64,000 nucleotides of DNA from Candidatus Bathyarchaeota archaeon. Lineage in GTDB: Archaea; Thermoproteota; Bathyarchaeia; Bathyarchaeales; Bathycorpusculaceae. The notes below the pieces were generated by a model that saw only the letters and a list, made by a program, of their open reading frames with translations, had not been told where the DNA came from and searched no databases. This document shows positions 1 through 9,150 of the stretch, piece by piece. Location: positions 64,001 through 128,000 of the forward strand of contig CAVZIW010000008.1 of assembly GCA_963775465.1 (NCBI GenBank), in the 5' to 3' direction. The translations under genes were made by a program, and so were the position numbers. How positions within the stretch are numbered: the first letter of the stretch is position 1; every line of letters begins with the position of its first letter.

Positions 1-2
1 CC

Positions 3-824
3 CGTCTTAAAGATTCAATAAAGAATAACCTATCATGTTTGCGAAAAATTCTACAGTTCAATCTTGAACACAGACTATTATTTTTTAGAATTTCTTCAGA
101 TTTGGTGCCCTTTGCCTCTCATCCAATAAGCAAATTCAACTGGCAAACTTATTTTCAAGAAGATTTTGAGGAAATCGGCGCATTTATTATTAAAAATAGA
201 ATGCGTATTTCGATGCATCCAGACCAGTTTACTTTAATTAACTCCATTAAACAAGAAATCTTCGAAAGAAGCAAAAAAGAGCTCATTTATCACGCCGAAA
301 TTTTTGATTTGATGGAACTTGATAAATCAGCCAAAATTCAAATACATGTCGGCGGCGCATACGGAGACAAACAGAAAAGTATAGAGAGGTTCATAAAAAG
401 ATTCAATGAACTCGATGATTCAGTAGTTCAGCGTTTAGTAATTGAGAATGACGATAAGCTGTACGACTTAAACGACTGTCTAAAAATAAATGCGGAAATC
501 CACATTCCCATTCTTTTCGATAACTTTCACAATAAACTTCATAATTCAGCAACCCCGATAAAACATGAGTCTTTTAAGCTTGCTATGAAGACATGGAATG
601 AAAAAACAGATGGGATTCCAATGGTTGATTATAGCTCTAAAAAAGACAACGGGTCGCCCAGGCAACACGCAGAGACAATAAACATTGAAGATTTCGACTT
701 ATTTTTGAAACAAACTATTCCCTTTGATTTTGATGTGATGCTAGAGATTAAAGATAAAGAAAAAAGCGCCATCAAAGCAGTTGAATTGGCAATCAGAGAT
801 GAGCGAGTGAAAAAATTCTTTTAA
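3..824 (+). CDS. uvsE: UV DNA damage endonuclease UvdE/UvsE (5' truncated by the window edge)
   Basis: Motifs FFRISSDLVPFASHP, RISMHPDQF, HVGGAYG, LVIENDD and DVMLEIKDKE. The frame is open back to position 3. Confidence 0.9.
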   Translation, partial: RLKDSIKNNLSCLRKILQFNLEHRLLFFRISSDLVPFASHPISKFNWQTYFQEDFEEIGAFIIKNRMRISMHPDQFTLINSIKQEIFERSKKELIYHAEIFDLMELDKSAKIQIHVGGAYGDKQKSIERFIKRFNELDDSVVQRLVIENDDKLYDLNDCLKINAEIHIPILFDNFHNKLHNSATPIKHESFKLAMKTWNEKTDGIPMVDYSSKKDNGSPRQHAETINIEDFDLFLKQTIPFDFDVMLEIKDKEKSAIKAVELAIRDERVKKFF

Positions 825-1004
825 ACGCAAAAAGTTGTCTGAAGCCAGATCTCAATAAATTTCCGATAGGTTTTACTCATTTCCAATAATTCTTTTCACC
901 AACATCTGAGTAATTAGCCAAAAAAAGTTGGGTTTACAGATTTGTTTTTAAATGGTAATTTATAATTTAGAGTAACATATTTTCACTGAATTTTGGAATA
1001 AACA

Positions 1005-2966
1005 ATGGGCACATGCGAGGAGAAACCAGAAAAAAAGCTGACAATCGGCGAAGAAGAACATAATCAGCAAGTGCTGGTTGGGTTCGCGGTATGGTTGGGT
1101 ATAACAATCCTTGTCAGTGGCTCTTTGGACTTGTTTGCTCAAGGTGTGCCACTTGGATTTACTGTACCTTTACTGAATATTCCTGCAACTTTATCCATGC
1201 TTTTCTATTACGTCGCAATCTTAACTGCGGCAATCTACATAGGAGTTATCGGCTTAAAAGAACTCATAATTGAAAGACAATTTAGCGTTGAGTTCTTGAT
1301 GGCAGTTGCAGGTTTAGGAGCCCTCTACCTAGATTACCGCTTTGAAGCCGCAACGGTACTCTTCCTATACGGTTTAGCTGAATACTTTGAAGGCTATATA
1401 CAAAGCAGAGCAAAAAGAACTGTAGAGAAAATATCCAAAGTAATCCCCGAAAAAGCTCGCGTATTGAGCGCTGGCACCGAAAAAAATGTAGATGTTAACC
1501 AGGTCGAGATAGGTGAGGTTCTGCTTATAAGGCCCGGCGAAAGAATCCCTCTAGACGGCAACGTAATCGAAGGCTTTTCCCACGTTGACCAAGCTTTAGT
1601 CACTGGAGAGTCGGTACCCGTGCCAAAAGTAGTTAACGATTGTGTCTTTGCTGGAACTTTAAATGCAACCGGAGCGATCAAAGTATCTGTTACCAAAAAA
1701 GCCACGGAAACCTTGGTTTCTCGCATTGTTCAACTCGTTGTGGAGTCACAGAAAAGAAAAGCAACAATAGAACGCTTAGTCGACAGATTTGCAAAAGTCT
1801 ATGTTCCCATCGTAATTCTGCTTGCCGTCTTTACGGCCGTTGGTTTGCCCTATCTTTTGGGGGGGAGTTTTCAAACGTGGTTTTACCGCTCTCTGATTCT
1901 GCTGGTTGTTTCTTGTCCAAGCGCCTTTATAATTTCAGTTCCAGCAACCGTTTTTATAGCCATAACCATAGCTGCCAAACGCGGTGTAATCATAAAAGGC
2001 GGAATTTTCATAGAAAAACTAGCCAAAGTCAAAAAAGTTGTTTTCGACAAGACAGGAACATTAACCCTTGGAAGACAAGCAGTACATGAAATTCGAAGAG
2101 TAGACATTTCAAAAGCTGAGGATGAAGCCATAACCTACGCTGCCGCTCTTGACCAGTTTTCCAACCACCCCATCGCCCAAGCTATCGTGCGAAAGGCGGT
2201 CGAACGCAATATTGACCTAAGTAAATTAAAAGTCACAGATGTAGTCGAAGTTCCAGGCAAAGGAATCGCGGGTTCAGTTAATGGCAAACAAGTTGCAATT
2301 GGCAACTTAGCATTCATGCGTGAATTAGGTTGCAACTGTACAGAAGCTTTTGAGATTACTGAAGGAGACGTACACACAGCAGTTTGTGTTTCCGTGGGCA
2401 AAGTTGGGCTGGCGACAGTTTGCGTTGTAGATCAAGTGCGTGAAGATGCACTGCGAGCCGTTCATTCGCTAAAGAAAGAGGGCATTAAAACTGTGATGTT
2501 AACCGGAGACAGAACTGAAATCGCCAATGACACAGCCTCATCACTAGGTATCGAAGAAGTCCATTCGGAGCTGTTTCCTGAAGATAAACTTCAATGTATT
2601 GAGGATATGAAGGGTAAAAACGGCTTAGTAGCAATGGTTGGCGACGGAGTAAATGATGCTCCAGCGTTAGCAGCATCAGATGTTGGAATAGCGATGGGTG
2701 CACACGGAGTAGACGTCGCGTTAGAATCAGCAGATGTGGTGCTTGTGAAAGATGAACTTGCCCAAATTCCGTACCTTCTTAAACTAAGTGAGAAAACTAT
2801 GGTTATCGCAAAACAAAACATCGCCGCATCTTTAATTATTAAACTGCTTTTAGGCGCTTTAGGTTTAATGGGATTAACCCCTCTGTGGTTCACAGTTGCT
2901 TCAGGAGATGATGGAGTAACCATGCTGCTGCTGCTAAACACACTTCGCCTTGAAAGAATAAAGTAG
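1005..2966 (+). CDS. Heavy-metal P1B-type ATPase (Zn/Cd/Co-like), no N-terminal metal-binding domain
   Basis: TGES, DKTGT, HP, TGD and GDGVNDAP motifs. The TM metal motif reads SCPS, with a C-terminal K...DDG. Confidence 0.9.
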   Translation: MGTCEEKPEKKLTIGEEEHNQQVLVGFAVWLGITILVSGSLDLFAQGVPLGFTVPLLNIPATLSMLFYYVAILTAAIYIGVIGLKELIIERQFSVEFLMAVAGLGALYLDYRFEAATVLFLYGLAEYFEGYIQSRAKRTVEKISKVIPEKARVLSAGTEKNVDVNQVEIGEVLLIRPGERIPLDGNVIEGFSHVDQALVTGESVPVPKVVNDCVFAGTLNATGAIKVSVTKKATETLVSRIVQLVVESQKRKATIERLVDRFAKVYVPIVILLAVFTAVGLPYLLGGSFQTWFYRSLILLVVSCPSAFIISVPATVFIAITIAAKRGVIIKGGIFIEKLAKVKKVVFDKTGTLTLGRQAVHEIRRVDISKAEDEAITYAAALDQFSNHPIAQAIVRKAVERNIDLSKLKVTDVVEVPGKGIAGSVNGKQVAIGNLAFMRELGCNCTEAFEITEGDVHTAVCVSVGKVGLATVCVVDQVREDALRAVHSLKKEGIKTVMLTGDRTEIANDTASSLGIEEVHSELFPEDKLQCIEDMKGKNGLVAMVGDGVNDAPALAASDVGIAMGAHGVDVALESADVVLVKDELAQIPYLLKLSEKTMVIAKQNIAASLIIKLLLGALGLMGLTPLWFTVASGDDGVTMLLLLNTLRLERIK

Positions 2967-3154
2967 CCAAAAATTTGAGAAGTTTAGTGATGCCTTATAA
3001 ACCAAAATTACTTTTTGTTGTAGCATTCGAGAGGTATTTTTAACGCACACAACCACAGTTCTGCTTTTAAAGCGGTGCAGGTGCCAATTTATCCCAGAAG
3101 CTTTAAGAGTCTATCATTTAGCATTTTCTAAAGACAAACAAGGAACGACCTACA

Positions 3155-4033
3155 TTGAAATTCGGTATAATGACGCGGAATCCAGAGGCATGGAGTAGCA
3201 CCCAAGTCCGAGAAGCCCTTACAAAACGAGGCATCGCCTATGAATGCTTCACTTTCCCAAGACTTGTTGCCCGCTTATCATACAAACCATACTTCAAAGT
3301 CAACAACATAAGTATCCTTGAAGACTTGGACGCGCTGATCATACGCCCAATCGGACGAGGCTCACTTGAAGAACTCGTTTTTAGAATGGATATGCTCTAC
3401 AAACTCGAACGACAAGGATTCTACATGGTGAACCCGCCAAATGCAATCGAGCACTGCGTAGACAAATACGACATTCTTGCAACACTTGAAGATGTCGGCG
3501 TGCCAGTTCCACGTACACTAGCTACCGAAAGCGTAAACGAAGCCATAAAAGCTTTCCACGAACTCGGCGGCGACGTTGTTGTAAAACCTATCTTTGGATC
3601 CCGTGGACAAGGAGCAACACGCATTAACGACATAGATATTGCCGACACAATCTTCAAAGCCATAACGTTCCATCATGGGGTTATTTATATGCAAGAATTT
3701 GTCGAACATGGATTCTCAGACGTACGTGCATTCGTTTTAGGCGATCGAGTGATTTCTTCGATGCGCCGAGTAGCCCAAGGTTGGAAAACAAATTACAGTC
3801 GAGGAGCAAAACCATCGCCTGCAGAAATAAGCCACGAATTCAAAGAATTAGCGATCAAAGCATCCCAAGCCGTGGGGTGTAAAGTTGCGGGCGTAGACAT
3901 CCTCGAAGGTCCTGATGGACCAAAAATCGTAGACGTGAACAGTCAGCCTGGATGGAAGGGACTGCAAGCCGTTGCACAAGTGAACATTGCCGAAGAAATT
4001 ATAAACTTTATTTTAAAGGAACTCAAAAAATAG
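3155..4033 (+). CDS. RimK-family ATP-grasp alpha-L-glutamate ligase (MptN/CofF-like)
   Basis: DKY, VVKPIFGSRGQG, QEFV, DVRAFV, WKTNYSRG, GVDIL and DVNSQPGW motifs. Confidence 0.85.
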   Translation: MKFGIMTRNPEAWSSTQVREALTKRGIAYECFTFPRLVARLSYKPYFKVNNISILEDLDALIIRPIGRGSLEELVFRMDMLYKLERQGFYMVNPPNAIEHCVDKYDILATLEDVGVPVPRTLATESVNEAIKAFHELGGDVVVKPIFGSRGQGATRINDIDIADTIFKAITFHHGVIYMQEFVEHGFSDVRAFVLGDRVISSMRRVAQGWKTNYSRGAKPSPAEISHEFKELAIKASQAVGCKVAGVDILEGPDGPKIVDVNSQPGWKGLQAVAQVNIAEEIINFILKELKK

Positions 4034-5032
4034 TCATTTGCCCGAAAGAATCGTAGTATATGGGTCCTGAGCTTCAATAGGAAATCGCGTTTCCTTTCCC
4101 TCTCTTATTATGATACGATCTTGATTTTCTGTAAATTGCCCTAGAAAACATGCACTATACCCAAATCTCTTCAAGGCAGCTTCGACTTTTCCTTGAGCTG
4201 AGGGTGAAACGGATGCTAAAATCGTTCCCGTTGAAGACATTGCAAGCAGTTGTTCATCACTTAGATCAAAGTGATTTCGCAAGATTAAGATCTCTTTGGT
4301 CAACGGCAACTTTTCCCAATACAACTTAAAACCCATATTTGATGCCTGCGACAATTCGTTTAGCGCCGCCACAAAACCGCCTTCCGTTGCATCATGCATT
4401 GCATGCACACCTTCTATTTTTGCAAGTTCAGTTGCTTCTTTTACGCAACTTTGCATATAAACTAGTTTAGTAAGCTCTTCTTGTCTGTTAGCGCCGAAGA
4501 GTTCCTGTGCTTTTTCTATGTGGGTAAGAGAGAAGTTTATGATTGTTTCTAAACCAAGCGGTTTAACGCATAAAATCAGGTCGTGTTGTTTTGCGTTTCC
4601 AGGTGTAATCAACTTTTTAGGTTCTACGGTTCCGTAAATGGTGCAGACTCCGAGCATGTCTGTTAGGCTTCCGTACATACCTGTGTGTCCACGAACGATG
4701 GCAATACCCAATTCGTCGGCGGCTTTGCATGTTTGTTCCATGATTTTTTGGAAAACTTCAGGTTTTGTTCTGATTGGTCCAAGGAGGTTGATGGTGCAGA
4801 ATTCTGGTTTAGCACCAAAGAGCGCCACATCGGATGCAGCATAGTTAATCATTAACCATCCAAACCACTCTTCAGGTACCCCAGTGCAAGGGTCTGTTGC
4901 GACAGCTACGTACTTTCCATGTAAGAGATGGACTCCTGCATCATACCCTATTCTGGGTGGAACGATGACTCGGAAATCTATCTTTATGCAATCCAGCATT
5001 TTTTGGAGTTCTTTACCAGCAAGTTTGCCCAA
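4034..5032 (-). CDS. AIR synthase/PurM-like (ThiL/HypE fold) protein, co-transcribed with thiT
   Basis: GYDAG, TDP, NYAASDVA, RGHT and MHDATEGG motifs. It directly abuts the thiT stop codon. Confidence 0.8.
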   Translation of the reverse strand: MGKLAGKELQKMLDCIKIDFRVIVPPRIGYDAGVHLLHGKYVAVATDPCTGVPEEWFGWLMINYAASDVALFGAKPEFCTINLLGPIRTKPEVFQKIMEQTCKAADELGIAIVRGHTGMYGSLTDMLGVCTIYGTVEPKKLITPGNAKQHDLILCVKPLGLETIINFSLTHIEKAQELFGANRQEELTKLVYMQSCVKEATELAKIEGVHAMHDATEGGFVAALNELSQASNMGFKLYWEKLPLTKEILILRNHFDLSDEQLLAMSSTGTILASVSPSAQGKVEAALKRFGYSACFLGQFTENQDRIIIREGKETRFPIEAQDPYTTILSGK

Positions 5033-5584
5033 TTACAAATACGCTCGCAATACTTTGCTTTTCTGCAACAAGTAAATTACGAATCCGCTTATTACCAGTT
5101 CGGGGACTAAGTAACTACCGTTATAAACAGTTGAGTAAATGAATGGGTTCAGGGTTGGAGCTTCTATGGGTGCCCAATAGACTACGCCTGCTATAAAATG
5201 CATCACGAATCGACCAGAAATGCCTACAGCTGCACCTGCAAAGGAGTATTTTTGAAAGAGTCCTGCTAAGCCTAGGGCACCAAAAGCCAAAGGATAGTCG
5301 AGCAGTAACTGCACGGGGTTAATAACGTAGGGCAAAAGGGCGAGTTGGATGAACCCATACAAAACGCCTGCAGCTGCACCTACTTTGGGACCTCTCCTAA
5401 GTGCTAACCAAAGAATCGGTACCATCGAAGCAGCAGTTATGGAACCACCCTGTGGCAGAGTGTAGACAACAATTAAGCTTAAAGCGGTTGCCAACGCAAT
5501 AAAAATTGCGCTTTCAGCTAAAACTTTTGGGTTTCTAAAAGAATTTGGGTGTTTATATTCACTTGTTTTTGTTGCGCTGGACAT
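5033..5584 (-). CDS. thiT: ECF transporter S-component for thiamine, ThiT
   Basis: LPQGGSIT, PVQLLLDYPLAF, HFIAGVVYW and YSTVYNGSY motifs, with a TPP riboswitch upstream. Confidence 0.9.
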   Translation of the reverse strand: MSSATKTSEYKHPNSFRNPKVLAESAIFIALATALSLIVVYTLPQGGSITAASMVPILWLALRRGPKVGAAAGVLYGFIQLALLPYVINPVQLLLDYPLAFGALGLAGLFQKYSFAGAAVGISGRFVMHFIAGVVYWAPIEAPTLNPFIYSTVYNGSYLVPELVISGFVIYLLQKSKVLRAYL

Positions 5585-5587
5585 GTT

Positions 5588-5686
5588 TTTCCCTCCGCCA
5601 GTATTACCTGGTTCAGGTTCCTAAGGGTCGACACCAAAACAGGCGTCCTCTCAGCCAGGTCACCTTTTCCCAGCTCCCCAAGAACT
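5588..5686 (-). promoter_or_regulatory. TPP (THI-box) riboswitch
   Basis: The minus strand reads GGGGAGC...GCTGAGAGG...GACCCTTAGGAACCTGAACCAGGTAATACTGGCGGAGGGAA. This has the conserved CUGAGA, ACCC, GAACCUG and UAAU..GCG.AGGGA elements and ends about 3 nt before the thiT ATG. Confidence 0.93.
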
Positions 5687-5754
5687 AAGGGGATAATGTT
5701 TTTAGGTTATATTTTAGTTTTCCTATCACCATCACTACCGGTTGGATTGATAAC

Positions 5755-8241
5755 ATGCAGCCTATGCCTAAAGATTACAATTTCGCTGAAATCGAGCAGA
5801 AATGGCAGAGTAAATGGGAAGAAATGGGTATATACCGCTATGATTGGAATGACAAGAAACGTGTGCCTTTTAGTATTGACACTCCGCCACCTTACCCTTC
5901 GGGTGAACTTCACATGGGCAACGTGCTAAACTGGGCGTATTTTGACATAGTTGCCCGTTTCAAACGTATGCAAGGATTCAACGTTCTCTTCCCCCAAGGT
6001 TGGGACTGCCATGGCTTAGGCATAGAAATCCAAGTTGAAAAAGCAAAAAATATTCGCAAACGCGATGTTTCCCCAGACCAATTTCGTGCTTGGTGTATCG
6101 AACTTGTCGAGAAATACATCGCAATGATGAAGGAAGGCATCCTCAAGATGGGAGCAAGCATAGATTGGTCCACCGAATACAAAACCATGAACTCAGACTA
6201 TTGGCGTCGCACACAACTTAGCTTCATCTTGCTTCACAAAAAAAACTACATGTATCAAGGAACGCACCCCGTTAACTGGTGTCCGCGTGACGAAACTGCC
6301 ATTGCCGATGCCGAAGTTGACCATGTAAAAAAAGAAGGTACTTTGCACTACATTCGCTTTTATCTAGAAGGCAGCGGAGAATACCTTCTAATAGCTACCT
6401 CTCGACCAGAATTTATCCCCGCATGTGTTGCCGTGGAAGTAAACCCCAAAGACGAACGCTACAACAAATACATCGGCAGAAAAATTGCAGTTCCCCTGAT
6501 GAGCCGAGAAGTCACTATCATAGGCGAAGAATCCGTCGATCCCTGCTTTGGCACGGGTGTTGTCCAAATATGCACTTACGGTGACAAAGAAGACGTAAAA
6601 ACAGTCATCAAACATAAACTCCCTGTAATCCGGCTTCTAACTGAGAGTGGAAGAATAAGTGATGCAGGATGCAAATACGCTGGGTTATATGTCAATCAAG
6701 CTCGTGCGGCAATTGTTGCAGATTTAACTGCAGCTGGTTTGCTGGAGAAGTCAGAGAAGATTCAGCATGAAGTTGGAGTTTGTGACCGATGTAAAGCTCA
6801 AGTTGAAATCTTAGAAGTAAAACAATGGTTCATGAAAACCATGCCTCTCTCTGAAGCAGTAGTGCAGAACGCTGAACAGATTCCGTGGTATCCTGATTAC
6901 ATGAAAAATCGCTTAATTGATTGGACTCGAGCTTTGGATTGGGATTGGGTGGTTAGCCGCCAAAGATTGTTTGCAACCCCAATTCCAGTTTGGTACTGCA
7001 AAAAATGTAATGAAGTCATTGTTGCTCAGGAAGAATGGGTGCCAATCGATCCTCGAATGGAAAAACCCCGAATCGAGAAATGTCCAAAATGCGGTGGAAC
7101 CGAATTTACTGCGGAAACAGACGTCTTAGATACTTGGATGGATTCATCCATCACCTGTGCGGTTCACGCGGGATGGCCTGACCGAAAGGATTGGAGACAT
7201 TTATTCCCTGCAAGTATGCACCCTTCAGGAACTGACATTATCCGAACTTGGGCATACTACCTGATGGTTCGCCACTTGGCGCTGTTTGATCAACGCCCCT
7301 TCAATAGTGTGTTAATAAACGGGATGGTGTTGGGTTCGGATGGCAGAAAAATGAGCAAGTCTCTGAAAAACTATGCTGCTGCACCTGAGGTTCTCAATAA
7401 ATATGGAGCTGACGCAACTAGGCAGTGGGCTGCCGGCGGAGGAGCCACAGGCTCAGATATCCCATATCGCGCTCAAGACGTTGAATACGGCAGACGCTTT
7501 TTAGTTAAGCTATGGAACGTTGCTGGGTTTACAAGCAACCTATTAGCAGATTATGACCCTAAAGACAATGCGGAAGTTGACCTACAACTATTCGACAAAT
7601 GGATTATAAGTAAAACCGAGAACCTGACCAAAAAAGTTACTGACGCTTTTGAAAAATGCCAATTCAACATCGCTGTCGAAGAGATCCGTAACTTCACTTG
7701 GCATGTCTTCTGCGACTACTACATTGAATCAGTGAAGGATAGACTTTATCGCCAAGACAAGATGAGTACATCTAAGAGGCGAGCTGCTCAACAAACTCTC
7801 TACGGTATTCTGTTTAAAATTTTACAGTTGCTATCTCCAATAACCCCCCACTTGACTGAGGAAATCTACCAAAATATTTACGCCGAAGATAAGGGTTTTA
7901 AGAGCTTACAGATCACGCTTTGGCCAAAGGTAGATGAAACCCTCGTCGACAAGACAATAGAAGATGAAGGAGACAAAGTGATGGCTTTGATTGAGAATGT
8001 GCGGAGAAAGAAAGCAGCACAAAAGTTGCCGCTAAATATTCCCATTTTGTCCCTTGAAGTCTATGCGGGCACTCAGACAAACGCAGGCATAATCATTTCA
8101 AGCAAGGAAGATATCGCAGGAACTCTCAAAGTTGCCCTAGACGATTTTCATGTTATTCCCAAAGCAGGTCAAGGACAAGAAGTACCACAATTTCCAGGGG
8201 TAATTCCTGTTGCCATCTTCGGGACGGTAACTAAGAAATGA
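5755..8241 (+). CDS. valS: Valine--tRNA ligase (archaeal type)
   Basis: DTPPPYPSGELHMGN, GWDCHG, WVVSRQ and KMSKS motifs. Confidence 0.97.
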   Translation: MQPMPKDYNFAEIEQKWQSKWEEMGIYRYDWNDKKRVPFSIDTPPPYPSGELHMGNVLNWAYFDIVARFKRMQGFNVLFPQGWDCHGLGIEIQVEKAKNIRKRDVSPDQFRAWCIELVEKYIAMMKEGILKMGASIDWSTEYKTMNSDYWRRTQLSFILLHKKNYMYQGTHPVNWCPRDETAIADAEVDHVKKEGTLHYIRFYLEGSGEYLLIATSRPEFIPACVAVEVNPKDERYNKYIGRKIAVPLMSREVTIIGEESVDPCFGTGVVQICTYGDKEDVKTVIKHKLPVIRLLTESGRISDAGCKYAGLYVNQARAAIVADLTAAGLLEKSEKIQHEVGVCDRCKAQVEILEVKQWFMKTMPLSEAVVQNAEQIPWYPDYMKNRLIDWTRALDWDWVVSRQRLFATPIPVWYCKKCNEVIVAQEEWVPIDPRMEKPRIEKCPKCGGTEFTAETDVLDTWMDSSITCAVHAGWPDRKDWRHLFPASMHPSGTDIIRTWAYYLMVRHLALFDQRPFNSVLINGMVLGSDGRKMSKSLKNYAAAPEVLNKYGADATRQWAAGGGATGSDIPYRAQDVEYGRRFLVKLWNVAGFTSNLLADYDPKDNAEVDLQLFDKWIISKTENLTKKVTDAFEKCQFNIAVEEIRNFTWHVFCDYYIESVKDRLYRQDKMSTSKRRAAQQTLYGILFKILQLLSPITPHLTEEIYQNIYAEDKGFKSLQITLWPKVDETLVDKTIEDEGDKVMALIENVRRKKAAQKLPLNIPILSLEVYAGTQTNAGIIISSKEDIAGTLKVALDDFHVIPKAGQGQEVPQFPGVIPVAIFGTVTKK

Positions 8242-8972
8242 AAAGAGTTGGGCTAATTGGCTGCGGTGCCATAGGAACCGTTCTCGCAGAAGCAATCGAA
8301 CGTAAACTGATCTTATGTGACGAATTAGTAGTTTTTGACATTGACATTCCCAAAGCCCAAAAACTGAAGCAAACTCTAAATTTTCCTATTAAAATTGTTG
8401 GCAATATAGACGAATTATTCGCCGCTAAGCCAAAAGTAATTGTAGAGGCAGCTGGACAACAGGCAGTCCAAGAATACTACGACAAACTTCTGGCGTCAAG
8501 AGCTAATTTCATAATAATGAGTACAGGCGCGCTCCTTGACCTGAACACCTCAAGCCCTAAGCTGCATTTTCCAGCAGGCGCAATAGGTGGACTCGACGCC
8601 CTTTCAGCAGCAGCAAACGCAGGGATTGATGAGCTTACTTTGACTTCTCGCAAAAACCCCATAGCCTTGGGAAAAACCAATACTGAAACAAGCATTATCT
8701 ATGAGGGTTATGCCGAGGAAGCAGCAAAACAGTTTCCACGAGAAATGAATGTTGCTGCAACACTTGCTTTAACTGTAAAACCTACCAAAGTCAAAGTTAA
8801 AGTGATCTCTGACCCAGCCGTTAAACGCAATACACATGAAATCCAAGTAAAGTGGCGTTTTGGTGAAATGACGATGAGGTTTGCTAACGATCCGCATCCA
8901 GACAATCCGCATACAAGTGCTTTAGCAGCTTGGTCTGCAATAAAACTCTTGCAGAAACTTCTAGAAGGATAA
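8238..8972 (+). CDS. nadX: Aspartate dehydrogenase (NadX family)
   Basis: GCGAIG Rossmann motif, VEAAG, GAIGGLD, HEI and PDNPHTSALAAWS. Confidence 0.8.
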   Translation: MKRVGLIGCGAIGTVLAEAIERKLILCDELVVFDIDIPKAQKLKQTLNFPIKIVGNIDELFAAKPKVIVEAAGQQAVQEYYDKLLASRANFIIMSTGALLDLNTSSPKLHFPAGAIGGLDALSAAANAGIDELTLTSRKNPIALGKTNTETSIIYEGYAEEAAKQFPREMNVAATLALTVKPTKVKVKVISDPAVKRNTHEIQVKWRFGEMTMRFANDPHPDNPHTSALAAWSAIKLLQKLLEG

Positions 8973-9150
8973 AAAAATTTTTTGACAGATTTGAGTTCCC
9001 CTAGAATGCTGCTTATTTTAGGGATAATCCGCTTTAAGAAAATATTTTAAACCTCTTTACCTTCTCAATAACTCTTAATTTTATCATGGATTTTTACTAT
9101 TATGGTAATTACGCTGCAGTAATAATCCGAAGCAATACAAGTGTAAAAAT

